Origin: Malacoraja senta
Lineage: Eukaryota
DNA: 59,645 nucleotides
Assembly: GCA_038087875.1 (NCBI GenBank)
Contig: JAXLNO010001895.1
Location: 62,001-121,645, forward strand
Reading direction: 5' to 3'
Part shown: positions 46,135 to 58,871 of the stretch, piece by piece
How the letters are laid out: every line of letters begins with the position of its first letter
How positions within the stretch are numbered: the first letter of the stretch is position 1
Made by a program: the position numbers and the translations under genes
The notes under the pieces: model-generated
What the model was told of the DNA's origin: nothing
Database searches by the model: none
What the model saw: only the letters and a program-made list of their open reading frames with translations

Positions 46135-46685
46135 CTTAAACCTGTTTTTGCTGGTTCTTGATTACCCTACCCTGGGTAAAATAAATCCTGATCAATCGCC
46201 CTCATGATTTTAGAAAGCTCTCTAAGCACCAATTAAATGGTTTCAATTATAGATAGAGTAAGACTTTGTGGTTATTTCCAACAAGAATTTTAGACTAAAG
46301 AAAGGCCAGTGGAAGTACTTGGTCAAACAGCATCTGTGGAGGCAAATGACATATACCAACATTTCAAGGCAAGGCACTGCATTAGAATTGAAGGAGAGGA
46401 TGGGAAGATTCCAGCAGTTTGAAGGAGGAATGGGGCAGAGGCTGGTATGTGGCAGGTGGAATAGTAAGATTAAACGAGAACTTACCAAGTTTGAAGTTTG
46501 ATCTTTATTTTATGAGGAGTAACGTTGAGGGATTACGTGAAGAAGCCCCGTCCAGCCGCACACGCGTCAATCTTTCAAAGCAGCGGAGTGACAATCACAG
46601 ACGATAATTACTGAAGTATGATAGTAAGATGCATAAAGACTTAGAACTACCAGCTTGATCCTTTTATGAGGGTGGGAGCGGAGGG

Positions 46686-46799
46686 CACGTAATCCCTCAA
46701 CGTTACTCCTCATAAAATAAAGATCAAGCTTCAAACTTGGTAAGTTCTCGTTTAATCTTACTATTTTACTTCGGAGTCACGTGAGTGACTACGTGAAGA
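46686..46799. repeat. DIRS internal complementary region (ICR)
   Basis: 46686-46765 is the reverse complement of 46460-46539 (1 mismatch seen); 46763-46799 is the reverse complement of 51486-51522. Confidence 0.9.
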
Positions 46800-46966
46800 T
46801 TTCAAAGCTCTGTGATTTCACACCGTGGATTCAAATCCAGGTGTTCACTGCATCGATTGACTCTATTTGAGTAAGCACAATCAACAATGCATAACCACAA
46901 CATTTGAATGTAATCAGTTAATGGTTTTATTTATTTTAATAAAAGTAACAAAATTAGGCCCATTTA

Positions 46967-47962
46967 TTATAATGGGGGATTTAATACTGTATCCAGCACA
47001 GCATTACCAAACCCTCTGAGATCTTTAATCTCCTTGTGGTAATACTTGTGAAACATCTGTTCACTTGCCCATCCTGCGGCCATGAGAATAAGGTCTATTA
47101 GCACGTCTGAATCCCTGGCCGCTGATGTTGATGCCGCCCTGGTGGAATGAGATTTAAATTTATCAGTATCAATACCTGAATATCTCAACACCTGTTTCAA
47201 CCATCGTGAAATTGTTTGTGTTGACACTTTCTTATGAGGCTTTTTATGACTAATAAAAAATGCCAATTCGGCGCCTCTTAAAACTTTTGTTGTTTCTATG
47301 TAACATTTCACATATGTTACTACACACAGTCGTGAATCTGTAGGATATGCTAAAAATTCCAACTTGCATCCTGTGAACCCAGGTCTACTTTGCTTCAGTA
47401 AATCATAGACATAGAATGTCACGGCATTTTGCCCTACTTTCATTCTATCAATTCTGAGTTTCTGTAATGTGTGAACTCTCTGTGCTGAAACTAATGCCAT
47501 GAGCATAACCAATTTCATGGTAATTTTGGATAATGACAGAGTTTCAACTGGATTCCAATTCCTTAGGAACATCAGTACATCTTTTACATTCCAAATTTCT
47601 GTATACCTGGGTCTGGGAGGATTAGAGTTGAAAATTTCTTTCATAAACCTACAGACCCAAGGATGTGCTCCAATTGGAGTTTGTTCTGATTCACTGCTTA
47701 AATATGCAGAGAGTGCACTTCGTGCAGTATTAATTGCACTATAACTTAATTTCAATTCATAGTGTAGAGTTGAAAGAAACTCTATTACATCTGAAATTTC
47801 TGCTGTGTTATATGCAATATTCTTTCCTGAACAAAACACCTCCCATTTCTTTATATATGAAATGTACTGCTTCTGGGTACTATTCCTCCAGGCTGCTGTC
47901 ATAACATCCACCGTACGGTCTGATAATCTTTTTCCAAGATATGGCCTTCTTAGAATCTGCAA
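46967..47962 (-). CDS. DIRS tyrosine recombinase (331 aa, open)
   Basis: ALVSAQR, HSTRAAS, AGW, KYY; the R-H-R-Y set appears intact. Confidence 0.9.
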   Translation of the reverse strand: MQILRRPYLGKRLSDRTVDVMTAAWRNSTQKQYISYIKKWEVFCSGKNIAYNTAEISDVIEFLSTLHYELKLSYSAINTARSALSAYLSSESEQTPIGAHPWVCRFMKEIFNSNPPRPRYTEIWNVKDVLMFLRNWNPVETLSLSKITMKLVMLMALVSAQRVHTLQKLRIDRMKVGQNAVTFYVYDLLKQSRPGFTGCKLEFLAYPTDSRLCVVTYVKCYIETTKVLRGAELAFFISHKKPHKKVSTQTISRWLKQVLRYSGIDTDKFKSHSTRAASTSAARDSDVLIDLILMAAGWASEQMFHKYYHKEIKDLRGFGNAVLDTVLNPPL

Positions 47963-48005
47963 ATCAACAAACCAATACGATTATGTAAAGGATGTGATTC
48001 ATTAG

Positions 48006-48479
48006 TCACAGGGTGTACAAGCAGTTTAATCTGCTTTGGAATAACCATAAGGGTTTTGGTTTTTTTCCCCCCATTTTTAACACCAGTGGGTACCACACCT
48101 GTGTAGGCCAAACTGGTACTACCAAAATCCCTGAGGCTGAATCTTGTTTAATTTTCTGTATGCATTTGTGGATTAAACAAAATGGTGGAAACGCATACAG
48201 AAACATACCACCCCAATGTAGCGAGAAAGCATCCACCACTACTGCACCAGGATCAGGTTCCCATGACACATACTTAGGCAACTGGTGGTTCAATCTTGAT
48301 GCAAACAGATCAATTTCTGGCATTCCAAATTGTGTGATAATTTGTGTGAATATTTTCCGATTTAACATCCATTCTGTATTATCATTAAATTTATGTGATC
48401 TTTTGTCTGCAATTGTATTAATTTTTACCTGGTAAATATTGCTGACAGACACATTTTTCTGGCAATACCCCAGGTCCAA
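48006..48479 (-). pseudogene. DIRS methyltransferase-like domain
   Basis: PEIDLFASRLNHQLPKY, DAFSLHW, YAFPPF, P.WPTQ.WYP. Confidence 0.8.
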
Positions 48480-49760
48480 ATTTCATTTGCCAATTTATCA
48501 CATGATTCTGATTTTATACCACCCATGTGATTTATGTATGCTACAGCTGTAGTATTGTCAACCTGTACCTGAACATGCACATTTCCCATATCAGTGCAAT
48601 AAGCTCTAAGGCCGTAAAATGCGCCTAATAGCTCTAGGTAATTGATTCCCAGTTTTTCCAGCAAAGGTACTTCATTCACATTCCACCTACCTCCACAGCT
48701 GGAAATCATGTTAGTAGCGCCCCAACTCAGCGCACTTACATCAGTCTGTCGAGTGACGGAAGGTGTTTCTACCAGAACTTTTCTGGAAGCATTAGAAACA
48801 TTGTTAATCCACCATTCTATTTCTGTAATGGATTGAATTGTTAATTTCATGGGCCTATCAAAATGCCCTCTATTCATTTTTAACGCTTGTACCTTAGCTC
48901 TCTGTAAACATTGATAATGCAATGGTCCAAACGTGACCGCTGGAAACCCTGCAATTAATTTGCCTAGCAAGCTTGCCACTTCTCTAATTGAAGATGTGTC
49001 CTCGTTAATGAGTTTTATGCAACCTTCAATTAACTGCAGCTTTTTATCTTTTGGCAAAGTGATTACCATGTGTTCGGAGTTAATTGTGAACCCTAGGTAA
49101 TCAATCTTTTTGCTTGGTAACAATTTAGATTTTTGTAGGTGAATAATGAAACCTAATTTCTCAAAATGTATTTGACTGGATACTGACAATTTTGCAGCAG
49201 CCAAAGTGTCCCCTACAATGAGGATATCATCTAAATAAGCCATTAATACATGGCCCTCAGCTCTTAACAGAGCTAAAATTGGTTTGAGCAATTTAGTGAA
49301 TAATCTTGGTGCTGAAATCAGACCATTGGGCAATGCTTTAAATTGCCATAACTGACTCATCCATCTAAATTTCAAATATCTTTGATCATTACCATGCATT
49401 GCCACAGAATAATATGCATTTTGCAGATCTATGCTTGCCTTGTAGCAATTCTTTGTGACTAGCTAAATGGCATTAGTAAATGTTTCCATTTTGAAATGTT
49501 TCTATTGTACATAAAGGTTAAGATTTGTCAGATCGGAAATGATTCTACGTCCACCATCCCTTTTCTAGGAGAATATTCCTAGGAGAATATTTGACACAAA
49601 CTGATGGTGTTGTTCTACTGACATTTATATCATCCTTTTCTGAATAACATTTTTCAATTCTCCTTTGATCAACCCATTCTCTTCCTTTGAAAAAAATCTG
49701 TGACCAGTTTGAATTATGCTGAATTGGAGGATCCAAAAGTGGAGAGAACTCAATTTTGAA
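48425..49760 (-). pseudogene. DIRS reverse transcriptase/RNase H, frameshifted at the 5' end
   Basis: IDLQNAYYSV, ALPNGL.SAPRLFTK, AYLDDILI, YLGF; RNase H TD.SA..WG, INYLEL, DNTTAVAYINHMGG. Confidence 0.9.
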
Positions 49761-52696
49761 TCCAACAATGCTACATAGAATAAATGAATCATTTGTTATT
49801 GATTGCCATTCTTTTAGGAAGAATCGTAACCTTCCCCCTATTTGTGAGTGTGAAACATTTGTTGTGTTTCTTACCAGACCAAGCCCCCTAACCTCGGGGT
49901 TTGCCACCGGCAGTTGTTGTCCCCTTCTAGTAGGCACATTGTAACCTCCACGTATCCTCGGTGCAGCATGTCAACGTGTATATGAGAATGATAGGATTGT
50001 TCCTTCTCCAGCACCACATTTCGCCTGTAGGGATACTGCCTTCTCACCGCTCTGCTCAGCATAGGTGATCCTTTAGTTTCTTTGTTAGATTTTCTCCAAA
50101 ACAGATTTAGGCATTTGTATATTGGATGATTTGCAGAGCCTGCATACTTAGGATGAATATTTGGTCTTATTGCATTTTTATGAATACAATTTATTTCAAA
50201 GTGCGCACTACACATGAGTGCTAAGGCATTTTGTTGTGAATACGATATATAACCTTCATCCAAACCACTGACCCCAGAAATTTCAGCACTTGTGTAATTT
50301 CAATTCTTGTGAGCGTAAACCACTGCTCAAATTACCCATATCAAGTTTATTCACTGCTGTAACTGCTACAATTTCCCGGGTCTCATATTTTTTTTGTCTC
50401 ATCCATGGTTAATTCCTGGGGCTGATGGGAGAGTAGATAATTTATAGTCATAGCTATTTCCTCTCTCAAAGGTTCCCCTGTTACTCTGGGAACAGCAAAG
50501 TTTTGTGCCAGCCTTGGAACATTTGTGGCTCTGATAATGGGCTCTGGTCCTCATTTAAATCATCATCTAAATTTAAATATTCATTTTTATGTTGGGTAAT
50601 TTCTGGCTCCCCTGTTTCAGGTAAGTCTCTGCCAGATTCCCCCTGCTCGGGCTCTCTTGTAGGCCCACGGACAGGCAGCCCTGCTTCAGGTGCTGCTGGC
50701 GCTGGCTCAATTCTAGACCAACGCTTCATTATTTTTACTCTTTATATTTGTCGGTGCTGGCACATTTATCATTGCACGTTTGTGCTGCCTTTAGTTCAGG
50801 CATTTCTAGTACTGGCTCTCCAATAGGCCAACACATAACTTGCCTTTTTTATGGCATTTTGGGGCACTGGCTCTCCTGTAGGCCAACCTCTTTAATGTTT
50901 CTGCACAGGCACTGATGGCTCTCCTGTAGGCCACCCTTGTGCCTGTTCCAAGGCACCTCCTGTGCTATACTTCATTGGCCAACACCGACTTAAATCCTCC
51001 TGTGGGGGTTCTTTACAAATCATCTGCCCCATAAGGAGTTATAATGTTTTTGACCCTTGCAGTGTAATACTCTTTCCTGCCTGAGGAGGGCATACCTCCG
51101 GGTCTGACTCATCCGAGTCTACAGGTCGGGCCGATTTTTGCCTTGCGCCCGCCCGCGGCGGTTTAACGCACATTCGACCACAACTGGAGTTAATGGCTTC
51201 GCTGCCACTGACTCCCCTGACTGACGCCCGCTACCCTTAGGATCTGGGGTTTTACTACAGTGCGTCCCTGGCCGCCTCTCCTTCCCATTTCTCCATAATA
51301 AACTTGTGTGGAGTTCCACCAAACAAGTCTAAACGGGAAGGAAACGCTCCTGTAAGTGAAAAGTAACCCACTTACCTTCCGACTTTTGTTTTACTCACCG
51401 GCTGGAGGAGCTCCTGCTCCTCCACACACGGTCATGAACGCTATGCGTCTGATCGATAATGACGCGTGTGCGGCTGGACGGGGCTTCTTCACGTAGTCAC
51501 TCACGTGACTCCGAAGTAAAATCAGCTGGGGAGGGGATGATGGGCAGATGGAGCAAAGTTGGTGTATGGGTGGTTGTGGGAGAACAAATGAACACCAGTG
51601 GTATGGATAAGCTGAAATGTGAAAACTTTATATTCATATAAAGTTACCCAGGTGGATTATCAGATATTTTACTTAAAACTTTCTGTGCCCAAGGTTAACG
51701 ACAGATGGGTCAGTGTGTGAGTGGGAAGGGGTATTAAAATACCATACAACAGATCTCAGGATGATCTTTACTTCAAAGGGATGTGCTGTACAAAATGGTT
51801 GACATCTAAGCTAGTTTCTCCACAGTGTGAGCAATGATTGCAGTATAGAAAGTTGAAAGAGATGCAAGTGAACCTCTGTCTCATTTGAACAGTTTATTCT
51901 CCTGTTGTTCACCTCTTCCTCCTCCTCTCCTACCTGTTTCCATCCACCCATTATCCTCTCCCCACCTGGTTCTACGTTTGATCTACCAGCCTCTGTCCTA
52001 TCCCTCCCTGATTGCTATATATTGGCAATTCATCCTCTTCCCTCACAGGTCTGGTGCAGGTTCTTGACCCTATTTGTGACATCAACCATTTGTCCCAATA
52101 ATTTTGCTTGAGCCATTGAATGCTTTCAGTCTTCTGTTTTTAGTTGCTGATTCCATTAGCTACAGTCATTATTGGATAGAATATATTTTGTTTTAACACT
52201 GCATTTAGTCTGAGACACAGCACCAATAAATGTTGTTACATAACGCTTGGTTATTTGATGTCAAAAGTCTTGATTGTTTGTACTTTGTACATTTCTAATC
52301 TAATGCAAAGAATTTATCATCCATATGAATATAAAATTGTCCACAGTGACTGGTGGCACAGTGATCAAGTTCATTTTATGTGGCTCATTTGGTACAAGTT
52401 CTGCTCTTGAGATTTCACCTAATAATAGTTGCCTGTAGAATGTGTTTGATGAATAGACCATTGCGTATAAGATTTTTGGAAATAGCTTGGCATGAAATCC
52501 AAGTAAACACATTGGATTGCACCCTGTTTTATAGTGGCTTCATGTTGCCAAGTAAAGGCAAGATATATGGAATATGCAAGATATAATATGAAAGATATAA
52601 TATGCAAGGCGCAAAATTAAATTGTTGTTAAGAAAATGTAAGGCCTCCATTTATTTGCAACAGCATCAATCACAGTTATCTTACGTCAAAGTTGAT

Positions 52697-52708
<12 letters not shown>

Positions 52709-52752
<44 letters not shown>

Positions 52753-53825
52753 TTTTTTATTTTTTAGAAGTACGGTAGCTTACAGTAATGTACAACACGT
52801 ATATATTAATACATTTTTTGTACCGCTTCACTTTTTTAAACTTTAAGAAAGAAAAAGAAAGAAGTAAGAAAAGTGAAGAAAGTGCACAAAGGTTGTGAAG
52901 TGCAAAAGAGTGTTGGGAAAAGAAAGCCCCTTAGAAAAGAAGTTAGAGAAGGAAGTAAAGTTAGAAAATAGACCCTAGAAAAAAAAAGAGAAAGAAAGAA
53001 GGAACAATCGCTCTATTATAATTCTTATACCATACTTCATAGAGAAGGAACTACCAACCAAGTCTGTTTTTATTTTACCTCCCATTACCAGGTCCAGATA
53101 CCTTTTATTTATTTATTTGTTTTTCTAAATTACTATTGCACCTCATGCTTGTAATAGGTCCAAAAACGTAGACCACGTCTTTTGAAATTGATCTACTTTG
53201 CCTACTAGGAGGAATCTCATCTCTTCCAGATGTAATGTTTCCAACATATTTGATGTCCACATTTTTATTGTTGGTGTGGGCGCATTTTTCCAGAATTTAA
53301 GTATAAGCATTTTTCCCATTATTAGCCCATAATTGAGTAAATTCTTTTGATACACGTTTAATTCAGGAATACCTTCCGATATTCCAAAAATAATCCTTCC
53401 GACTTACTAGATGAAGCAATGAAGACAAAGGCGGAATCAGTTAATTTAATATCATACTTATATAATATCATCTTAAATATAGAAATACCCACAACAGATG
53501 GAATTAGAAGAGATTGGGAACAAGATCTAGGTATAAAAATTTCAAAAGAGAGTTGGGATAATCATTTATTACAGGTGCATAAATGCTCGATCAACGTACG
53601 ACATACGCTTATCCAATTTAAAACATTACATAGATTATATTATTCAAAAACCAAACTAAATAAAATCTTTCCTAACGTCTCACCAATCTGTGATAAATGT
53701 ATATGTCAAGAAGCTACCATAGCACATTCTTTTGTTTTTTGTACAAAAATCCAAAAATTCTGGTTTGAAATATTTGATATTTTTTCAAAATTAATCAAAA
53801 TAAAACTGGTACCAAAACCAGAATG
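52709..53825 (-). mobile_element. L1 insertion with 5' inversion (twin-priming structure), 15-bp TSD
   Basis: 52709-53396 is the minus copy of ref 20957-21620; 53395-53830 is the plus copy of ref 20527-20961; TSD gattttgtatttttt at 52694-52708 and 53826-53840. Confidence 0.88.
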
Positions 53826-54898
53826 GATTTTGTATTTTTTAAAGAATGAATGGGAACAAAATGATCAAAAATGAATTGACAGTCAAAGTAATACAAGGTT
53901 GTAGTAGAGACAAGTGTGAAGGAACAGGCCACTCTGCCGATCCTGCCAATACTGGTGCATATGGTCCACATGACCCTCTTCCCACCTTATGCGATCTGCA
54001 ACATGGTTGGCAAGTCTATGCTGGATTCTCCAATGTAGAACCGACTATTCTTTTCTCTTTTGTGTTTGCCCAGCCTTCCCCTAAATGCAATTCATTGATC
54101 TGGATCCTCATTCTCACCTGTATTGGGTGGGAGGGGAGGAGAGGGAGCATTCTCTGTCGAATTCCCTGCTGGATTTTATGGTGGAAAAGTTTTCACCATA
54201 GTGATTCATTTAAAAGCTTTATGTATTTTAATATCACCCTTCAGCCACTTCTCAAAGGGGTGGAGGGCAGGGGGTGGACGACTTACCCAGGGACATTTGA
54301 TGACCGTGTTTTGTTTATTTTACCCAAACATTTTTTAATATAGATTAATATAGTATTTTTTTTTGTATCTTGGGTAAGCACATTGAAATAGCAATGGATG
54401 GCGTGTTCAGAAAATTATTTCTGATTTGTCCTCGCTTTGTGAACACCAAACCAATGTATGCATCTGCAAAAAGGCATTGGCACCAGGGTCTCAGTTCCTT
54501 TTAAGCATCCCAGTTATCATGTTCTTCAATGCAGAGGAAATGTGGCCACGATAAATACAAAAATGTTGAAATGCAGAATATAAAAGTAATAGGAATTCAG
54601 GCATTTGAGCCTCAACTATTATTCCATGTGATCAATTGTGACCTAAAATTTATACCTTGATCCTTTTATTTCTCTGATCCTTTGACCATACAAATAACAT
54701 ATAACTCCTTGTATAAATTCAATGATCTGTGTTCAACTGCTTCCAGTGGTATAACATTCCACACCTTCATCATTCTGTGGGAGAAGTAATCGCTCTTCAT
54801 CTCAACTTGAAGCCTGATCATCAGATTGTGACCACTGGGTCCTGAACTGACCGGATTTCCCTCTTGAATATATGTATGCGTACTTTTCTACACATATA

Positions 54899-54931
<33 letters not shown>

Positions 54932-57076
54932 GTGCACATTGATTTTGTTTTTCTCTTTCTCGTTTTTCATATTGTTTACCATGTACTATGTTTACATATT
55001 CCATTGTGCTGCAGCGAGTAAGAATTTCATTATATTATCTGGGACATATGACAATAAAATACTCTTGACTCTCTTCAATCTGTACAGACCCATAAGAATG
55101 TTGTAGTTGATTTTGAATGGTCCTAATCACAATGTAAAACTAATCGCCCAAATCGCCCTTCATACATTAGTCCTCCCATCCCTGAAATCTGATCAACCTT
55201 CACGGCACTCCCTCCATAACAAGAACATTCTTCTTAAGATCAGGAGACTAAAATTGCAGATGCCATGGTCTTGGCAAGCACATTTCTCAGAATAACATGA
55301 TGTATCTTTAGAAAGGGATAAGGAGGAATCTCAAGAGTCAGAGGGTGGTGAATCACATATTAAGTTCTTGGAGCTCTGGAAAATTATCAATCTTTGAATG
55401 GAAGAATGGATAGGGAGGCTGCTCACTTTGCTGGAGGGTTTTAGAGCGGACAAGGAATTATATGCAACGTGCGTTTGGAATGTCAAGTGTATGGCACGTA
55501 GATGTTGTGTAATTGGCTCCATTATGCCCTTAGTGCATTGGAAAAGGTAAACGGGGTTTTCACCTAAGATTACATTTTCTGCTAACTGCACTTTATGGTA
55601 AGCAAGTAGGCTGGCTTTGGGAAACAATTAGATGATTGAGGGCTCACTTAGAATAACTGGGAAATGATGGAGCAGCCTACAAGGATATTTACAGTGTAGC
55701 TAAAGGATAAGTTAAACCTTTCTTTTCTCCGAGACATGCAAGAATAGCTCGGTGCTTGATTTAATGCAGAACCTTTGAAGGACAGTGGCTGGGCCTGCAA
55801 GATCTCCACACCAGCCATCATAAATAGGAGTCTCCAATGGGAAGAAGACTGTGAGACTTGATGGTATTTGCCACGGCTTCTATCATTTAACACATTGAGC
55901 TGAAAGCCATGAGATTCGTTGCTTTTTTAATGCTTTGTATTGTAATTTGACGTAATAAAGATAGTCATTTGTACCCTTGAAATTTTCTTTCTCCGTTCAT
56001 TGATCCAAATCCTATTTATGTTTCATCACAAAGAGAGAATTGGATAAACTAATTGTGAGCAAAAACATGCAAAACTACAGTCTAAGGGCTGGGGTTGAAC
56101 AAGTGATTTTCTCCAGTAGAGAGGTGGCATTGGCCTGATAGGATGAATGGTCCCCATCAGCACAGTAAACATTTAAATGATCCATTGATTTGTATTTATC
56201 ATCGTATATCAAATAAACTTAGGGATACGGAAGGAGAAATATTTTGGCCTGTTTATATGGTGCAAAATAACCCACCCCAGAACAATAAATAGTTGTGAAT
56301 TTACACTTAATATTACCTGTCACTGAAGCAGAGTGCAGAGGTTCTCAAATTCATTTAAGAAATAGTATTAAGGCGACTGTATAGAAAATGGTGGGTATTG
56401 CTTGGCAGCAAGATGTGAGTAGTATTGTAGTGGTTGTGATGAGGTGTTTTGATGGCAGTGATCATAATTTAGCATGATTAAAGTAGCAATGTACACTAGG
56501 AACGCAGGTTTGCAGCTGAGGTGAAAACATTTCCAAGACTGCAACATAATTTAACAGAAATGTAATACAAAATGTAATAAAATAGGGCAATTAAATGGTG
56601 ACAGTTAACAGATCTCTGGGGATACTAGAAACTGCAGATATTGGATCGTTGAGCAAAACTGTTGGAGGAACACAGTGGGTCAGGCAACATCTGTGGGATG
56701 GAATGAACCAACGACAATTCAGGCTGGAACTCTTGTTCAGACTGGTGACTTCAAAACGTTGTCAGTCGATTCCCACCACAGATGCTGCCTGACCCACTGA
56801 ATTCTTCATGCACTTTGTTTTTAACACACCAGCTGGAAAGAGTCCAGAGAAGATTTACAAGGAGACTTGATAGTGGCATTTGAAGTCTTTAGAAAGGCAT
56901 AGATATGCAGGGAAAGGATGGATATGGAACATGTGTTGGTGGAGGAGATTAGTTCAACTTGGCATCACGTTTGGAACAGAAGGTGTGGCCCCAAGGGCCT
57001 GTTCCAATGCTGAACTGTTCTGCAAGTCACTGAGTCTCTGTTCAGGGAGGGTGAGGTTGAGAAGGCTCTGATTTCA

Positions 57077-57382
57077 ATAGAAAATAGGTGCAGGAGTAGG
57101 CCATTCGATCCTTCGAGCCAGCACCGCCATTCAATGTGATCATGGCTGATCATCCCCAATCAGTACCCCGTTCCTGCCTTCTCCCCATATCCCCTGACTC
57201 CACTATTTTTAAGAGCCCTATCTAGCTCTCTCTTGAAAGCATCCACTGCCCTCTGAGGCAGAGAATTCCACAGACTCACCACTCTCTGTGAGAAAAAGTG
57301 TTTCCTCGTCTCCGTTCTAAATGGCTTACTCCTTATTCTTAAACTGTGGTCCCTGGTTCTGGAAATGTGGCCCCTGGTTCTG
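57077..57382 (-). mobile_element. CR1 3' end inserted in an older plus-strand CR1 fragment (~57020-57740)
   Basis: ORF 57160-57390 RTRDHSLRIR...FFSQRVVSLWNSLP; possible TSD gatttca (57070-57076/57383-57389). Confidence 0.8.
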
Positions 57383-58871
57383 GATTTCATTCCTTAGAGT
57401 GCAAAAGGATGGGGTGATCTGAAAGAGGTTTACAAAATTATGTGAGCAATCAATCAGGTAAATGCGCTTGAGTTTTTTGCCCACAATAGGGGACTCGAGA
57501 ACCAGAGGATATAGATTTACGGTGAGAGGTGGGTGAGTGTGGAGATTTAATAGGAACCTGGGGATAACATTTTTACACAAAGAGTGGTGGGTATATGGAA
57601 CGAGCTGCCAGAGGAGGAGGTTGAGACAGGTACTATCATAACAATAAATATACAATTGGACAGGTACATGCATAGGATAGGTTTAGAGGGTTATGAGCCA
57701 AGCGTGGGGAGTTGGGACTAATGTAGATGGGGCATGCTGTGCCGAAAAGCCCGTTTCGACGCAGTCTTACTAGGGGCAATTTACAAAGGGCAATTAACCG
57801 ATAAACCTGCACGAGTTTGGAATGTGGGTGGAGACCAGCGCCCGGAGAAAACCCACGTACGACGTTCACACAGACAGCGTCCGTAGTCGGGATCAAACCC
57901 GGGTCTCTGACGCTGCGAGGCATCCGTTCGACTGCTGCGAATTTTGTTTGTATTTTCTGATTTAAATCAAAGATGTTGGTATAGATATGAGTTCCATGTT
58001 TAGGAAATGTGTGAATGTCAGCAAAGTTGTTTGCAGGTGTAGTATTAGGCAAGATGTAAACTGCCTTGACATTCAATAACATTACCAAGCTAACTCCTCC
58101 GCCATCAATCTCTGTTCCAATAATAATTGAATCACCGTCTTTTTGACCAGACAGTAGGACTCGCGTGAACTTGGAAGCTGCAGGGAAAATGACTAATTTG
58201 GACTGGTGTTACTTTTGGCCACTGAATGGGAGATTATAATCATTTTCCTCTGGACGGTGGAATCAACACACTTTCGCTTTCCAAGCGGGCAATTAGTGCT
58301 GTTCTCCCTTTGAAATCTACCGTGTAAAAATAGCACCTGCAGATCAAGATCCAAATTGACCGCCTTTCTGATTTGGAAATATGTCCTGATCCTCAGTATT
58401 GCAAATGCCGAATCGCCCCACGCCGACAGAATATTGTACTGGCGCATGGAGGTCTTCAGCGGTGGAAAAAAAGATGGCTCTTCACTGTAGATGAAATGTG
58501 CATGTACCTTTAACATAGTGACCTCACCACTACTAACCACTCCCCACATCACTGGTATAATTACAACCTTCCCACCCAGTTCTCTCTCTCTCTGGTTCCA
58601 GTGACAGACCACGGACAGCTAGGGCAGCAATAAACAGTAGTAAAGATACAGTGCATTATGACCCATCTTTACATTCACCACGTAGTCAAAGGCAAAAAGG
58701 AAATGTTAATACAACCTTGCTACCTGCTTAAAATAAACACTGGGTGCTGCAATCGATAGATACAACGTGTTGGTTTATTATTGACACGGGTAACTAGATA
58801 CAGTGAAAACCCCTTTGCGTGGTATTCTGCCAAATCATACTATGCATGAATACAATTAAGCCATACATAAG

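Larger units (their letters stand above)
46460..51522 (-). mobile_element. DIRS1-type tyrosine-recombinase retrotransposon, both termini and ICR present
   Basis: gag-like, RT/RNase H, N6-adenine-methyltransferase-like and YR coding regions; inverted terminal block 46534-46569/51460-51495; ICR 46686-46799; no TSD. Confidence 0.93.
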
